In this document: positions 41,376-50,107 of the stretch, one piece after another | Layout: every line of letters starts with the position of its first letter | How positions within the stretch are numbered: position 1 is the first letter of the stretch | IMG/VR virus record: IMGVR_UViG_3300009702_000024 | Origin: an uncultured virus (IMG/VR IMGVR_UViG_3300009702_000024) | Taxonomy: Duplodnaviria; Heunggongvirae; Uroviricota; Caudoviricetes | Strand: one strand, 5' to 3' | Length of the DNA: 64,000 bases | Notes under the pieces: generated by a model | Database searches by the model: none | The model's input: the letters and a program-made list of their open reading frames with translations, nothing else | What the model was told of the DNA's origin: nothing | Translations under genes and position numbers: made by a program

Positions 41376-42263
41376 TCACTGTTCCGCACTTTGGTATATA
41401 ACTTCTTCAGATGTTTGAATTAAACTACATCTATCTCTATAGTTACAAAAAACACATTTCATTCCAACATTAATATTTCCTTTGGCATTAATAGGTATTC
41501 TTCTTGCTTTATGAAATTTGTTGGACAAGTCTAAAAAATGATCAGTATCTACTTTCACCGCAACAGCTTTAAAATTATTATCACCAAAATATACATCCAT
41601 AGCAATAGGAATACCATTAACCTTGTAGTACTTATACTTGCCACTTGACAATAACTGAGGAAGCACTTCTCTACTAGCTAATTCATAATAAGCTGATAAT
41701 TGATATGTGTGGGTTTTCATATGTCTCTTACCAGTTTTCCAGTCGGTAATAACAATAACCCAATCTTCTGGATTTCCATCAGAAATGAAACCGAAATACA
41801 TATCAAGAAATCTTCGTTTATATGCACCCACAAAATCAATTTCTCCCTTGATCCTTCGTTCACCTATAACACCTTTAACAATTTGCTCTGAAGCAATTGG
41901 AATTGGCTTAAAATACTTCCAAAATTCCATAAAATTATTAGAAGCATTGACAATTTTCAAATTTATTGCATCTCTCAGTTTTTCATCTTGAAATATTTTC
42001 TTTTCATATTCAATCTCGGACTTATTTATCTTATGCTTTAAAGGTGGTAAACCTAATTTATTACGTATAAAATCTTCAATCTGTCTGTGGACTTTTGTTC
42101 CACTATGAGATGAGAAAAGACGCTGAGAAGGAACTGGAAATTTTTTATTGATATGCAATTTCTCCCCAATCCTTTTTGAATGAAATGCTCTTTCCTCACA
42201 TTCATCAACTCCTATTATTTCTGTAACACGATCATAGACACCAGTGTCATCAACGAATGGCAT
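41376..42263 (-). CDS. Cas4/RecB-like PD-(D/E)XK exonuclease
   Basis: GTKVH, GEID, DWKTG, QLSAY, C-terminal CxxCxxxxxC. Confidence 0.85.
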   Translation of the reverse strand: MPFVDDTGVYDRVTEIIGVDECEERAFHSKRIGEKLHINKKFPVPSQRLFSSHSGTKVHRQIEDFIRNKLGLPPLKHKINKSEIEYEKKIFQDEKLRDAINLKIVNASNNFMEFWKYFKPIPIASEQIVKGVIGERRIKGEIDFVGAYKRRFLDMYFGFISDGNPEDWVIVITDWKTGKRHMKTHTYQLSAYYELASREVLPQLLSSGKYKYYKVNGIPIAMDVYFGDNNFKAVAVKVDTDHFLDLSNKFHKARRIPINAKGNINVGMKCVFCNYRDRCSLIQTSEEVIYQSAEQ

Positions 42264-43081
42264 TATTCATCATCCTCCGTAATATTAAGCATTGAGTTGA
42301 CAATATTGGACACTCGTGAATTACTTCTTTTTCGAGATTTTCGTTTTATTAAGATACTTCTATCCAATATTTCATCGGTCATAGTGTCGGCTTTAGTTTT
42401 ATTTTCACTTTTTAGTTTTATCAAATCTTCTGGCATAGCTTCACCATTTATTGTATCCTCTGTGAAAAGAGATTGAATAGTGCTATTTCTTTTATCTACA
42501 GCTTGTTTGTCCAGATCTTTACGGAATTTTTCCTCTAGACTCAACCTCTCCCGAAGCTGAGAAGGAGTAAATGTTCCTAAATCAATTTCCTCCATCAACT
42601 GCTGTGGATTGTCAAAACCTATATCTTCTTGAATTACCAATTTATCAATGAAATGTAATCTTTTGGCAACTTCTTCTTCTGTAAGTTCTATATATTCTTC
42701 TATTGGAAGGTTCAACTGCTCCATATATTTCTTATCTTTTTCTGTCATATCATCAATAGATTTTATTCTACTGGCGATAATTTGCTGACTTCTATCTAAA
42801 GGAATTTCAGCTTCTGCTATTTCTTTAGGAGATGGAGTCACTGCTGCTGATTTCACGTTCTCTCTTGTCGTGTCAACAGTTTTCATAGAAGCGATAGTTT
42901 TCGCATTTCCAATTATTTTACGAGCAGTTGATTTATTTATACCTATATCCATAAGTTGCTCTACAGTCAACTCAGACAAAATTTCTATTGTCTCAATTTT
43001 ATTATCGATCAATTTTTTAGCAATCGTTTTACCGATACCGGGAATTTTCATAAAATCCTTAGTATGCTTTGTATTCACCAT
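42263..43081 (-). CDS. Helix-hairpin-helix domain protein
   Basis: IPGIGKTIAKKL..GINKSTARKII; start moved to ATG 43081. Confidence 0.7.
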   Translation of the reverse strand: MVNTKHTKDFMKIPGIGKTIAKKLIDNKIETIEILSELTVEQLMDIGINKSTARKIIGNAKTIASMKTVDTTRENVKSAAVTPSPKEIAEAEIPLDRSQQIIASRIKSIDDMTEKDKKYMEQLNLPIEEYIELTEEEVAKRLHFIDKLVIQEDIGFDNPQQLMEEIDLGTFTPSQLRERLSLEEKFRKDLDKQAVDKRNSTIQSLFTEDTINGEAMPEDLIKLKSENKTKADTMTDEILDRSILIKRKSRKRSNSRVSNIVNSMLNITEDDE

Positions 43082-43149
43082 AAGATAAATACTAATTTGT
43101 ATGTTAAAAATATTATGGTTGTCAATCATCTTATTAAGTATTTTATTTG

Positions 43150-44703
43150 TTATAAATATCTTGTAACCCAGAAAGGCAAACCATCTGTTTCTATTTCAAA
43201 CGCAGTTTCGGATTTGTATACTTCAAGTCTCTTAAGAAAATGCGATTGGAATGGTGAAATTGGATCAACGAAGTCATATAATGTAGCAAATTCACGATCT
43301 GATTTTCTCATTATTCTTCCAACAGCTTGACGTATTTTTATTTCTGATTTACCACCAGCAATGATTAGTACATTCAGACTTGGCACATCAAAACCTTCAC
43401 CAGCAAGATCAAAAGTGCATATCATACATTTTATTTCACCTTTTCTGAAGCGCATAAATTTTTCATCTCTAAGAGATTTACTGTCTTTTGAACTTGAAGT
43501 TGTAACATGTTCAGACGGAAATCCAGTAGCTAAAAGACTACCGTGATTAATACGGTCAACAAGCACCAAAATATGTGAACCATTTGTCAATTCCTTCATG
43601 ATAATATTCGTTATTGCAGCATTTCTATCTCGATTTTCCACAATAAAATTTGTATGAAAATCACTCCATTCTTCCGATTGTATTGAAACTTGAGAAAGGA
43701 AAACTCTATCATACTTGATGACAATTGGTTTCACAATAACTTTTTTACCTTCACCTTTTCTGACAAGATCAGACACAGTAAACGAGTAAATGATATTACC
43801 AAAACTTGCCAGATAATAATAATCTGAACTATCACTTCTCATATTTACTGTTCCAGATAGTCCTATTCGATAATATGCATGGATAGCATTGAGAGAAGAC
43901 ATTGATGTCTGAGAAGAAGCATGATGGGCTTCATCATATATAACAAATCCAGTTTTGTTGATAATCTCACGTATTTTCTCATATCTTGAAGTACTGTAAG
44001 CTTTACTATGTTTGTCTTCAGCCATATGTATAAGAGTAGGAGTGCACAAGAGCACACCTACTTCTCCACTGTCGTTTGTGAAAATATATCCATTCGCAGA
44101 ACCTAATCTTGTTGAAGTGAGCATAAATATCTCTTCTATTCTCTTCTTCCATTGTTGAATAATTTCTTTTTTTGTGGACAAAATGACAGTTATCTTGTTC
44201 AATTCAGACATTGTATAAAGACCCAAATGAGTTTTCCCAAAAGATACCGATGCATTCACTATTCCTCTAAAATCAGCTTCTCTCATAGCTTCCATAGCTT
44301 CTTCTTGTCTCTCTCGTAAGACGATAGGTATCTTATGCTGGAAGATAAAATTCTTCCCATTCTTCTCCATTTTATTCTCAATATTGAAAACATATTTTTT
44401 CTCAAGAAGGTACATGATAAGATCCTCAACAAGTCCAGTCCCTAACACACCTCCTTTAATGAGACTATGTGATCCATCCCATTCAGCTGCCTTCCGTGCT
44501 TTTTCTGGATTGTTTTGTCTGAGCCACCATTCTACTTTACGGTCTCGTGTATTCTCATAATCTTCTTCGACATATGAGAAAGCACCAGATAATTCAGTCA
44601 TCACAAAAGCATCACATATGATATAAGTAGTTATATTTCTCACTACAAGTGTAATAGTTTTTTTCTCTTTCGTTTGCGTTGTATTTACCAATTTTGTAAG
44701 CAT
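43150..44703 (-). CDS. SF2 DEAH helicase (UvsW/XPB-like)
   Basis: LRERQ, SFGKT, DEAH, GLSGT, GEGFDVP, QAVGRIMR; start at ATG 44703 after GGAGA. Confidence 0.9.
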   Translation of the reverse strand: MLTKLVNTTQTKEKKTITLVVRNITTYIICDAFVMTELSGAFSYVEEDYENTRDRKVEWWLRQNNPEKARKAAEWDGSHSLIKGGVLGTGLVEDLIMYLLEKKYVFNIENKMEKNGKNFIFQHKIPIVLRERQEEAMEAMREADFRGIVNASVSFGKTHLGLYTMSELNKITVILSTKKEIIQQWKKRIEEIFMLTSTRLGSANGYIFTNDSGEVGVLLCTPTLIHMAEDKHSKAYSTSRYEKIREIINKTGFVIYDEAHHASSQTSMSSLNAIHAYYRIGLSGTVNMRSDSSDYYYLASFGNIIYSFTVSDLVRKGEGKKVIVKPIVIKYDRVFLSQVSIQSEEWSDFHTNFIVENRDRNAAITNIIMKELTNGSHILVLVDRINHGSLLATGFPSEHVTTSSSKDSKSLRDEKFMRFRKGEIKCMICTFDLAGEGFDVPSLNVLIIAGGKSEIKIRQAVGRIMRKSDREFATLYDFVDPISPFQSHFLKRLEVYKSETAFEIETDGLPFWVTRYL

Positions 44704-44707
44704 TTTT

Positions 44708-44932
44708 TCATCTCCCTTTTGATTTGTTCGAGCATTTTTCAGAACACGTTTTCCTCTCAGTGTAATACATAAAACGGTTATAACAATTCTTGCACGTTTG
44801 TATGTGCACAATTTTATGCTTTTTGAACCACTGAGGAGTTCCATACTTGTTTTCGTACTTAATAGAAAATTCTCTATCATTAGCTATTGTAGCTGGTACT
44901 ATTCTTGTATCGTAAATTATGCTCGGTCTCAT
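44708..44932 (-). CDS. Small zinc-finger protein
   Basis: CKNC...TCSEKC; start overlaps polB stop. Confidence 0.6.
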   Translation of the reverse strand: MRPSIIYDTRIVPATIANDREFSIKYENKYGTPQWFKKHKIVHIQTCKNCYNRFMYYTERKTCSEKCSNKSKGR

Positions 44933-47900
44933 TATTTAAACCACCTATCCAACGAGGCATACTTCTTCGACTCTATCAACTTTTCTGTTGCAATTCCAAG
45001 TGGAATTGTCAATTGATTGAAAACAGCATACAGTTGTTTTATATAATATTCAGTATCAACATTCTTGGGATCCACAATAGAAATTGGCATATAACCAGTA
45101 CTGGTTTTCACAAAATCTATAATATTACCCATCTTTCCAGTATTGACAATTTGATCTTTCGACTCCAAAAATTGTTTCATAGATCTTACCGCTTGGACGA
45201 GCGGTGTACTTACTTTATAATCCTCTATATCTTTGCTTAATGATTGTGTAACCGAAATCTCATTGAGACTGAACTTTCTCTCTTCTATAATTTCTTCACA
45301 TTCTTTCATAATATCACCTATTTTATCTCGTATTTCACTTAGAGACATATCAACTTGTATCGAGTCAACCGCTTTAGCAAAATATTTTCTCACGAGTTTA
45401 GAATTGTTCTTTTTCTTACCGGTCATTCCTTTGATAATTCTACTTTTCTTCATAATTTTAATATAATTCTTCTTGGAGTAAAGGATCATCATCAAAATTT
45501 TCTTACCATCTTCTCCTTCATTCTCTATGTTGATACCCACTTGTTCACTGAAGTAATCTTCTTCATTTATTTCTATGTTGATCACAAATACAGAGTCTGT
45601 ATTGTGCACGAGTACATTAGAAGCTATAAATTTAGAATTCTCAGTATCCAAATCATAAACCATGCTAATTCCTCTATTGAGAATTTGAACAGTCTGCTTC
45701 CGTTTTGTATACTTCCAGTATTTAGCATGAATAGAATTACCATATCCAGAAGGAATAAAGATATATTTCAACTTCTCAAATTTTTCAGCTAATAAACTAA
45801 ATAGCATAAATTCAGATCCCATAGGTATGACCCATCGTGGATAATTATCTCTGTCTTTACGGTAATAGTAAGCTTTGAGAAAATCAAATATCATTCTCTG
45901 CATCTTCTCGTCCTTGACATTCAAAATTTTAGGATAAGGTTTAATCTTACGACCATCCACATAACATTTTTCTCGTATATTATTCCACAATTTATCAATA
46001 TTCTTTGTAAATTTTATTACAGTCTTTCTTCTCTTTGTATGATAAATTCTATATTTTGTATGAAATTTATCGAGCAATGGAGCTATTTTCTTAAAAATCG
46101 CAGTGGCTTGTTTTGTATATTTTGGATGGAATTGCAACATAAGACTTCTCTGACTCTTGTAAACAGTATAACTTTCAGAAGCAGTTCCGCACAAACTAAA
46201 TAAGAAGTAGAAGACGTAGATAAATTTAGCTTTACTCTTTTTCGTTTCCAGAGGATATTTGTACGTTTGAATTGTATGCTTTGAATTTAAACCTCCCAAT
46301 TCTCTTGGAGTAAACTCTTCTCCATTAACATTTATAAGACTGTGATCCTCTGTAACATCTACAGTACCATGACCATTGGATACACGATACATAGACTTCC
46401 AACTCATGTGACGTATAATTGCATTACACGAACTCCACAATTTCCCATCCCACACTTCAACACCCATAAGAAGCATTCTTTCCTTCGTTTCTTTGTAAAT
46501 TGTAGGTTCAAAATATTTTTCTGCGAAGAAATCCCACATATCTAAAATCTTCATCACGTATACTTCTTTCATAAATTTGAATACAATTGACTCATGATCA
46601 GACACAGAGTCCCCATAGATAACTTCTCCGCCTTTCTTACCAACTTCATCGACAAGTTTCATAAGATAATCACGAGCAGTAGCTGTAACTAGTTGAGAAG
46701 CAGTTCTATGAGCAAATGGATACCCTAAATTTTCCAGAACACCATATCCAGAATTCATGAAAATCTTAGCAAATTGAGCGAGATTTTTATAGAAGAAGTC
46801 ACCTTTCTTCCCTTCTTGCTTCCAGAATTTTACACGAGCATTACGAAGAAAAGAAAGGATAATGGGCATATATCCTCTATTTTTTGTACAGATATGTGCC
46901 ATATTTTCTGGCAATTTATACACATTTGTTCTACACTCTTTATGTCCACAATTGATGGTTGAAAAACATATATTGTTCTTGATTTGTGTCGTAGGATAAA
47001 GTGAGGAAAAGTCATAGACATCTACATTGTAATGTACACCAGTCTTAGCATTTAGAACAATACCTCCCTTGAGCTTTTCATTTCTTTCTCGATCAAGTTG
47101 ACTATAATTTGGAGCATATGTTTTAAGCTCTACAAACAATTTATACATCAAACCAGCCCACCAATTTGTAACTCCTTGCCTATTAGCATTTTCGAGAGAT
47201 AAATTTCCAATTCTCATAATAAAAAATAGGATAAATCCGGGAAAATTAGAGTCATGTGTAAAAAGATCAAATGTCAATTCTGTATCTTTTGCATTGTAAA
47301 AAGACAGTTCTTCCATACACAATTTCGATATAGTAGACTCATAATGATATTTAGACTCTCCAAGAATAGTTTCAGCTACTGTATCAAGTTTATTATTTTC
47401 ATACTCTGTATTGTACGCTCCCGCTTTAATATTTCCATTTGAAAAATACGGATAAAGATCAATGAGAAATTTTCCTTTCCACTTCTTATAGTAACTTTTC
47501 TTCCATGATTTTTCTCCATATTCACGAGTGTCCATCTCAAATCCCACAATTCCAAATTTTCTATCTAAATTAAAAACTTGCAATCTACGATAGATGTATG
47601 GAATATCAAAACCATCTCCATTATAGCTTACAGCGAATTGCTGAGGTAAATTGTTACAGTAACGAAGAGTTTGAATAAGCAATTCTCTTTCACTATCATA
47701 CTTCCTCATTTCAAAACTACCGTCAAGATATTTCTTCGCATCTCGTGGTCTTTTGTTTCCAAGTATTTTGTTCGATAGAACAAAGACAACGGTTTTTTCA
47801 TCATTTGTGACAGCTATCGAAGCTATAGGTAATTCACCATATTTAGGGCTGACATTCTCTCCATAATCAGCTTGTATCTCTATATCGTAAGCAAATATCA

Positions 47901-48528
47901 TTTTAGAGAAATCTGGCATAGGAGCATGGAGAACAGCCATAAGCATTTTAGCTATGCTCATATCTTCAATGTCTTCTATGACATTGTACTTCTGGTACAA
48001 GTTCATTATTTTGTCCCAATCAAGTTCTATTGGCACTGGTTTACCATCTTTAAATCTATATGGCATACCCATCGACAGTCCACTTTCGTTGATGACAGTA
48101 TGAAAGAATGATTTGTGACTCTCGTGCACTAGATCTTGATCGAACAAATAAGATACACTGTTCTCAGCATTTTTAGAGTCCACTACGTAAATTGGTTTCT
48201 TCACACTTACTTTTGTGACAAGTTCTTCCTTGCGACTTATAGGATTTTTTAATTGAACGCTTTCAATTTTCTTCACTTTATTCATCATACCAGCTTTTTC
48301 AATGATGTCAGCTACTTCTAATCTCGAAATAGCACGAACATAGAAAAATGGATATATATTTCTAATTACATGAATTCTCCTCTCTCCATCTTCAGAAAGA
48401 AATATCAAATAATGCTCATTTGTTCTACTAAATGACGACCCGATGAGATAGAATAATTTATCTGGATCTTCAGAGTATTTGATTTTTGGTGTGAGTGATT
48501 TTGTGTCGATATTTAATTTTAAGAGCAT
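44932..48528 (-). CDS. polB: Family B DNA polymerase (archaeal PolB1-like) with intein
   Basis: Exo DIE, YNGDGFD, YNAKD; pol DFSSLYP, KIFMNSGYG, YGD|TDS, KKNY, KG; PIP-like SLDRWF tail; start moved to ATG 48528. Confidence 0.95.
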   Translation of the reverse strand: MLLKLNIDTKSLTPKIKYSEDPDKLFYLIGSSFSRTNEHYLIFLSEDGERRIHVIRNIYPFFYVRAISRLEVADIIEKAGMMNKVKKIESVQLKNPISRKEELVTKVSVKKPIYVVDSKNAENSVSYLFDQDLVHESHKSFFHTVINESGLSMGMPYRFKDGKPVPIELDWDKIMNLYQKYNVIEDIEDMSIAKMLMAVLHAPMPDFSKMIFAYDIEIQADYGENVSPKYGELPIASIAVTNDEKTVVFVLSNKILGNKRPRDAKKYLDGSFEMRKYDSERELLIQTLRYCNNLPQQFAVSYNGDGFDIPYIYRRLQVFNLDRKFGIVGFEMDTREYGEKSWKKSYYKKWKGKFLIDLYPYFSNGNIKAGAYNTEYENNKLDTVAETILGESKYHYESTISKLCMEELSFYNAKDTELTFDLFTHDSNFPGFILFFIMRIGNLSLENANRQGVTNWWAGLMYKLFVELKTYAPNYSQLDRERNEKLKGGIVLNAKTGVHYNVDVYDFSSLYPTTQIKNNICFSTINCGHKECRTNVYKLPENMAHICTKNRGYMPIILSFLRNARVKFWKQEGKKGDFFYKNLAQFAKIFMNSGYGVLENLGYPFAHRTASQLVTATARDYLMKLVDEVGKKGGEVIYGDSVSDHESIVFKFMKEVYVMKILDMWDFFAEKYFEPTIYKETKERMLLMGVEVWDGKLWSSCNAIIRHMSWKSMYRVSNGHGTVDVTEDHSLINVNGEEFTPRELGGLNSKHTIQTYKYPLETKKSKAKFIYVFYFLFSLCGTASESYTVYKSQRSLMLQFHPKYTKQATAIFKKIAPLLDKFHTKYRIYHTKRRKTVIKFTKNIDKLWNNIREKCYVDGRKIKPYPKILNVKDEKMQRMIFDFLKAYYYRKDRDNYPRWVIPMGSEFMLFSLLAEKFEKLKYIFIPSGYGNSIHAKYWKYTKRKQTVQILNRGISMVYDLDTENSKFIASNVLVHNTDSVFVINIEINEEDYFSEQVGINIENEGEDGKKILMMILYSKKNYIKIMKKSRIIKGMTGKKKNNSKLVRKYFAKAVDSIQVDMSLSEIRDKIGDIMKECEEIIEERKFSLNEISVTQSLSKDIEDYKVSTPLVQAVRSMKQFLESKDQIVNTGKMGNIIDFVKTSTGYMPISIVDPKNVDTEYYIKQLYAVFNQLTIPLGIATEKLIESKKYASLDRWFK
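45601..46608 (-). mobile_element. Intein (336 aa) in polB YGD/TDS motif
   Basis: Starts SVSDHES, block B VTEDH, ends VYDL..NVLVHN followed by Thr. Confidence 0.92.
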
Positions 48529-48666
48529 ACAATTACTAATATTTTTAGTACTTAAATGTATTATTATTAGTAAATAAATTTCTGTGCAATTCATAACCAA
48601 ATGCTAAGACACTTAAAATATATATCAAACGATTAGTATGAAGTGTGTGAGTGGAAGGAAATAAAG

Positions 48667-48835
48667 AATTTTCAAAACTCTTTGGTTACGCTCTTTCTGT
48701 ATAATAATAGTAATAATAATATTATATTATAAATTAATACCATATTAATTACAATATATGCGTAACCAAAAAAAAGCTACTTTTGCTGTTTTCTGTATCT
48801 CCATCCATCCTAATCGTAAATTAAATTTTCAAAAC
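48667..48835. other. Candidate replication origin
   Basis: 11-bp inverted repeat TTTGGTTACGC/GCGTAACCAAA around an AT-rich core, inside 12-bp direct repeats AATTTTCAAAAC. Confidence 0.45.
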
Positions 48836-48856
48836 CACTAAAAATGCATAATTCGA

Positions 48857-49342
48857 TTATTTTCGACAAGTAGTACAAAATCCTCTCTCATCCAGTGGTG
48901 AGGTTGTTCCTTCCACATATCGAAATTTACTTTTACACTTGTTGCAAATGACAGAAGTTGCAGTGTAATGATCAATTTTTATTTTCTCAAATTGGAACTC
49001 TATATCTGTGTTATCAGCAATTACATCTAATGTTTTTCTAGCAAACGGACGATCAGACTCTTTCTCCTTCTCAGAAAGATTACTGTATTTTGTATCCATC
49101 TGCCTCTTCCACCGATCGAGTATCTCTCGCTCAATGAGAATATTAGCCATCGTTGGATTTTCACTGCTTACATGGTCTTGTATGTCATTTTCACCTTCTG
49201 TCTCAAACGCTTTTAATTCATCGTAGTCGATGACAATTATTTTAGAAAAAAAATATTTCATCCACTCAATCCACTGTTTATGTTCTTGATCAGCTAGATC
49301 CTCAATTAATTCTATAACATCATCATGTGATATATATGTCAT
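48857..49342 (-). CDS. RyR-domain-like protein with C-terminal zinc ribbon
   Basis: LADQEHKQW...YSNLSEKEKESDR; CxxC..CxxC; start moved to ATG 49342. Confidence 0.6.
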   Translation of the reverse strand: MTYISHDDVIELIEDLADQEHKQWIEWMKYFFSKIIVIDYDELKAFETEGENDIQDHVSSENPTMANILIEREILDRWKRQMDTKYSNLSEKEKESDRPFARKTLDVIADNTDIEFQFEKIKIDHYTATSVICNKCKSKFRYVEGTTSPLDERGFCTTCRK

Positions 49343-49466
49343 AATCTGTATTGTACATCTAAATATAAAAATCTGCCATTGCTCTTTTGTTATAGTATTA
49401 AAATTTGAAGCAATAATTTGATTAGTAAACATTACATTTATGTACTTATACTGAATATAATATGTT

Positions 49467-49691
49467 ATGCAGTTATTGGAAATTATACTGATGTCACTTG
49501 GATGGATAAGTGTGGTACTTATACCACTCTCAATATTTATCGTCTCATCTTCATACAAATTACGATCAGCAATACACGAGTCTTTGAAAGACGGAAAAAT
49601 AGACAGTGGAGAACTTCAAAAGATACTCGTGGAAACAAATAGATTTGTGCAGTCACTTGCAAAATTCTTATTGAAAATTGAGGTACAGTAA
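49467..49691 (+). CDS. Small membrane protein
   Basis: Hydrophobic N-terminus then DGKIDSGE. Confidence 0.55.
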   Translation: MQLLEIILMSLGWISVVLIPLSIFIVSSSYKLRSAIHESLKDGKIDSGELQKILVETNRFVQSLAKFLLKIEVQ

Positions 49692-50107
49692 TGTTCGGTC
49701 TGAATTCTAATTGGATGCTCATAATTGTAGTTATTGTAATTGCTGTTGTTATAATACTCTACGTTCTGTATGATGACTGGAGGGAATCAATAAAGCGTGA
49801 AAAGTATTATCAAATTATATTGAAAAATTGGAAGAACAATATTCGCTATATAAAAATATCAAAACGGGAACCAAATAATAACAGCATCTTCTGCATTCGT
49901 TCATACACAATACTTGACGAGATGGAAGATATGAGAGACAAGGTAAACCATATGAAATTACATCCGTTGAAACAACACTGGCACATTCCAAAACATATAA
50001 GGAGGGATGATTTCATGGAATTTGTGGAGACATGCACACCAGAAGACATGGAAAAATTAATGTATATGTATTCAGCTACACCATCAACTGATCACATTTA
50101 CGTTTGA
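49691..50107 (+). CDS. Membrane-anchored hypothetical protein
   Basis: Single TM segment MLIIVVIVIAVVIILYVLY; GAGGT RBS. Confidence 0.6.
   Translation: MFGLNSNWMLIIVVIVIAVVIILYVLYDDWRESIKREKYYQIILKNWKNNIRYIKISKREPNNNSIFCIRSYTILDEMEDMRDKVNHMKLHPLKQHWHIPKHIRRDDFMEFVETCTPEDMEKLMYMYSATPSTDHIYV

Noticed and set aside
41376..42263. CRISPR-Cas locus
   Set aside because: Solo Cas4-like nuclease; no other cas genes or array seen.
44704..44880. N-terminal extension of the helicase in the ORF track
   Set aside because: Overlaps the zinc-finger gene 44708-44932; a better start with RBS lies at 44703.
49343..49558. N-terminal extension of the RyR-domain ORF
   Set aside because: Runs through an AT-rich divergent promoter region and the opposite-strand gene.
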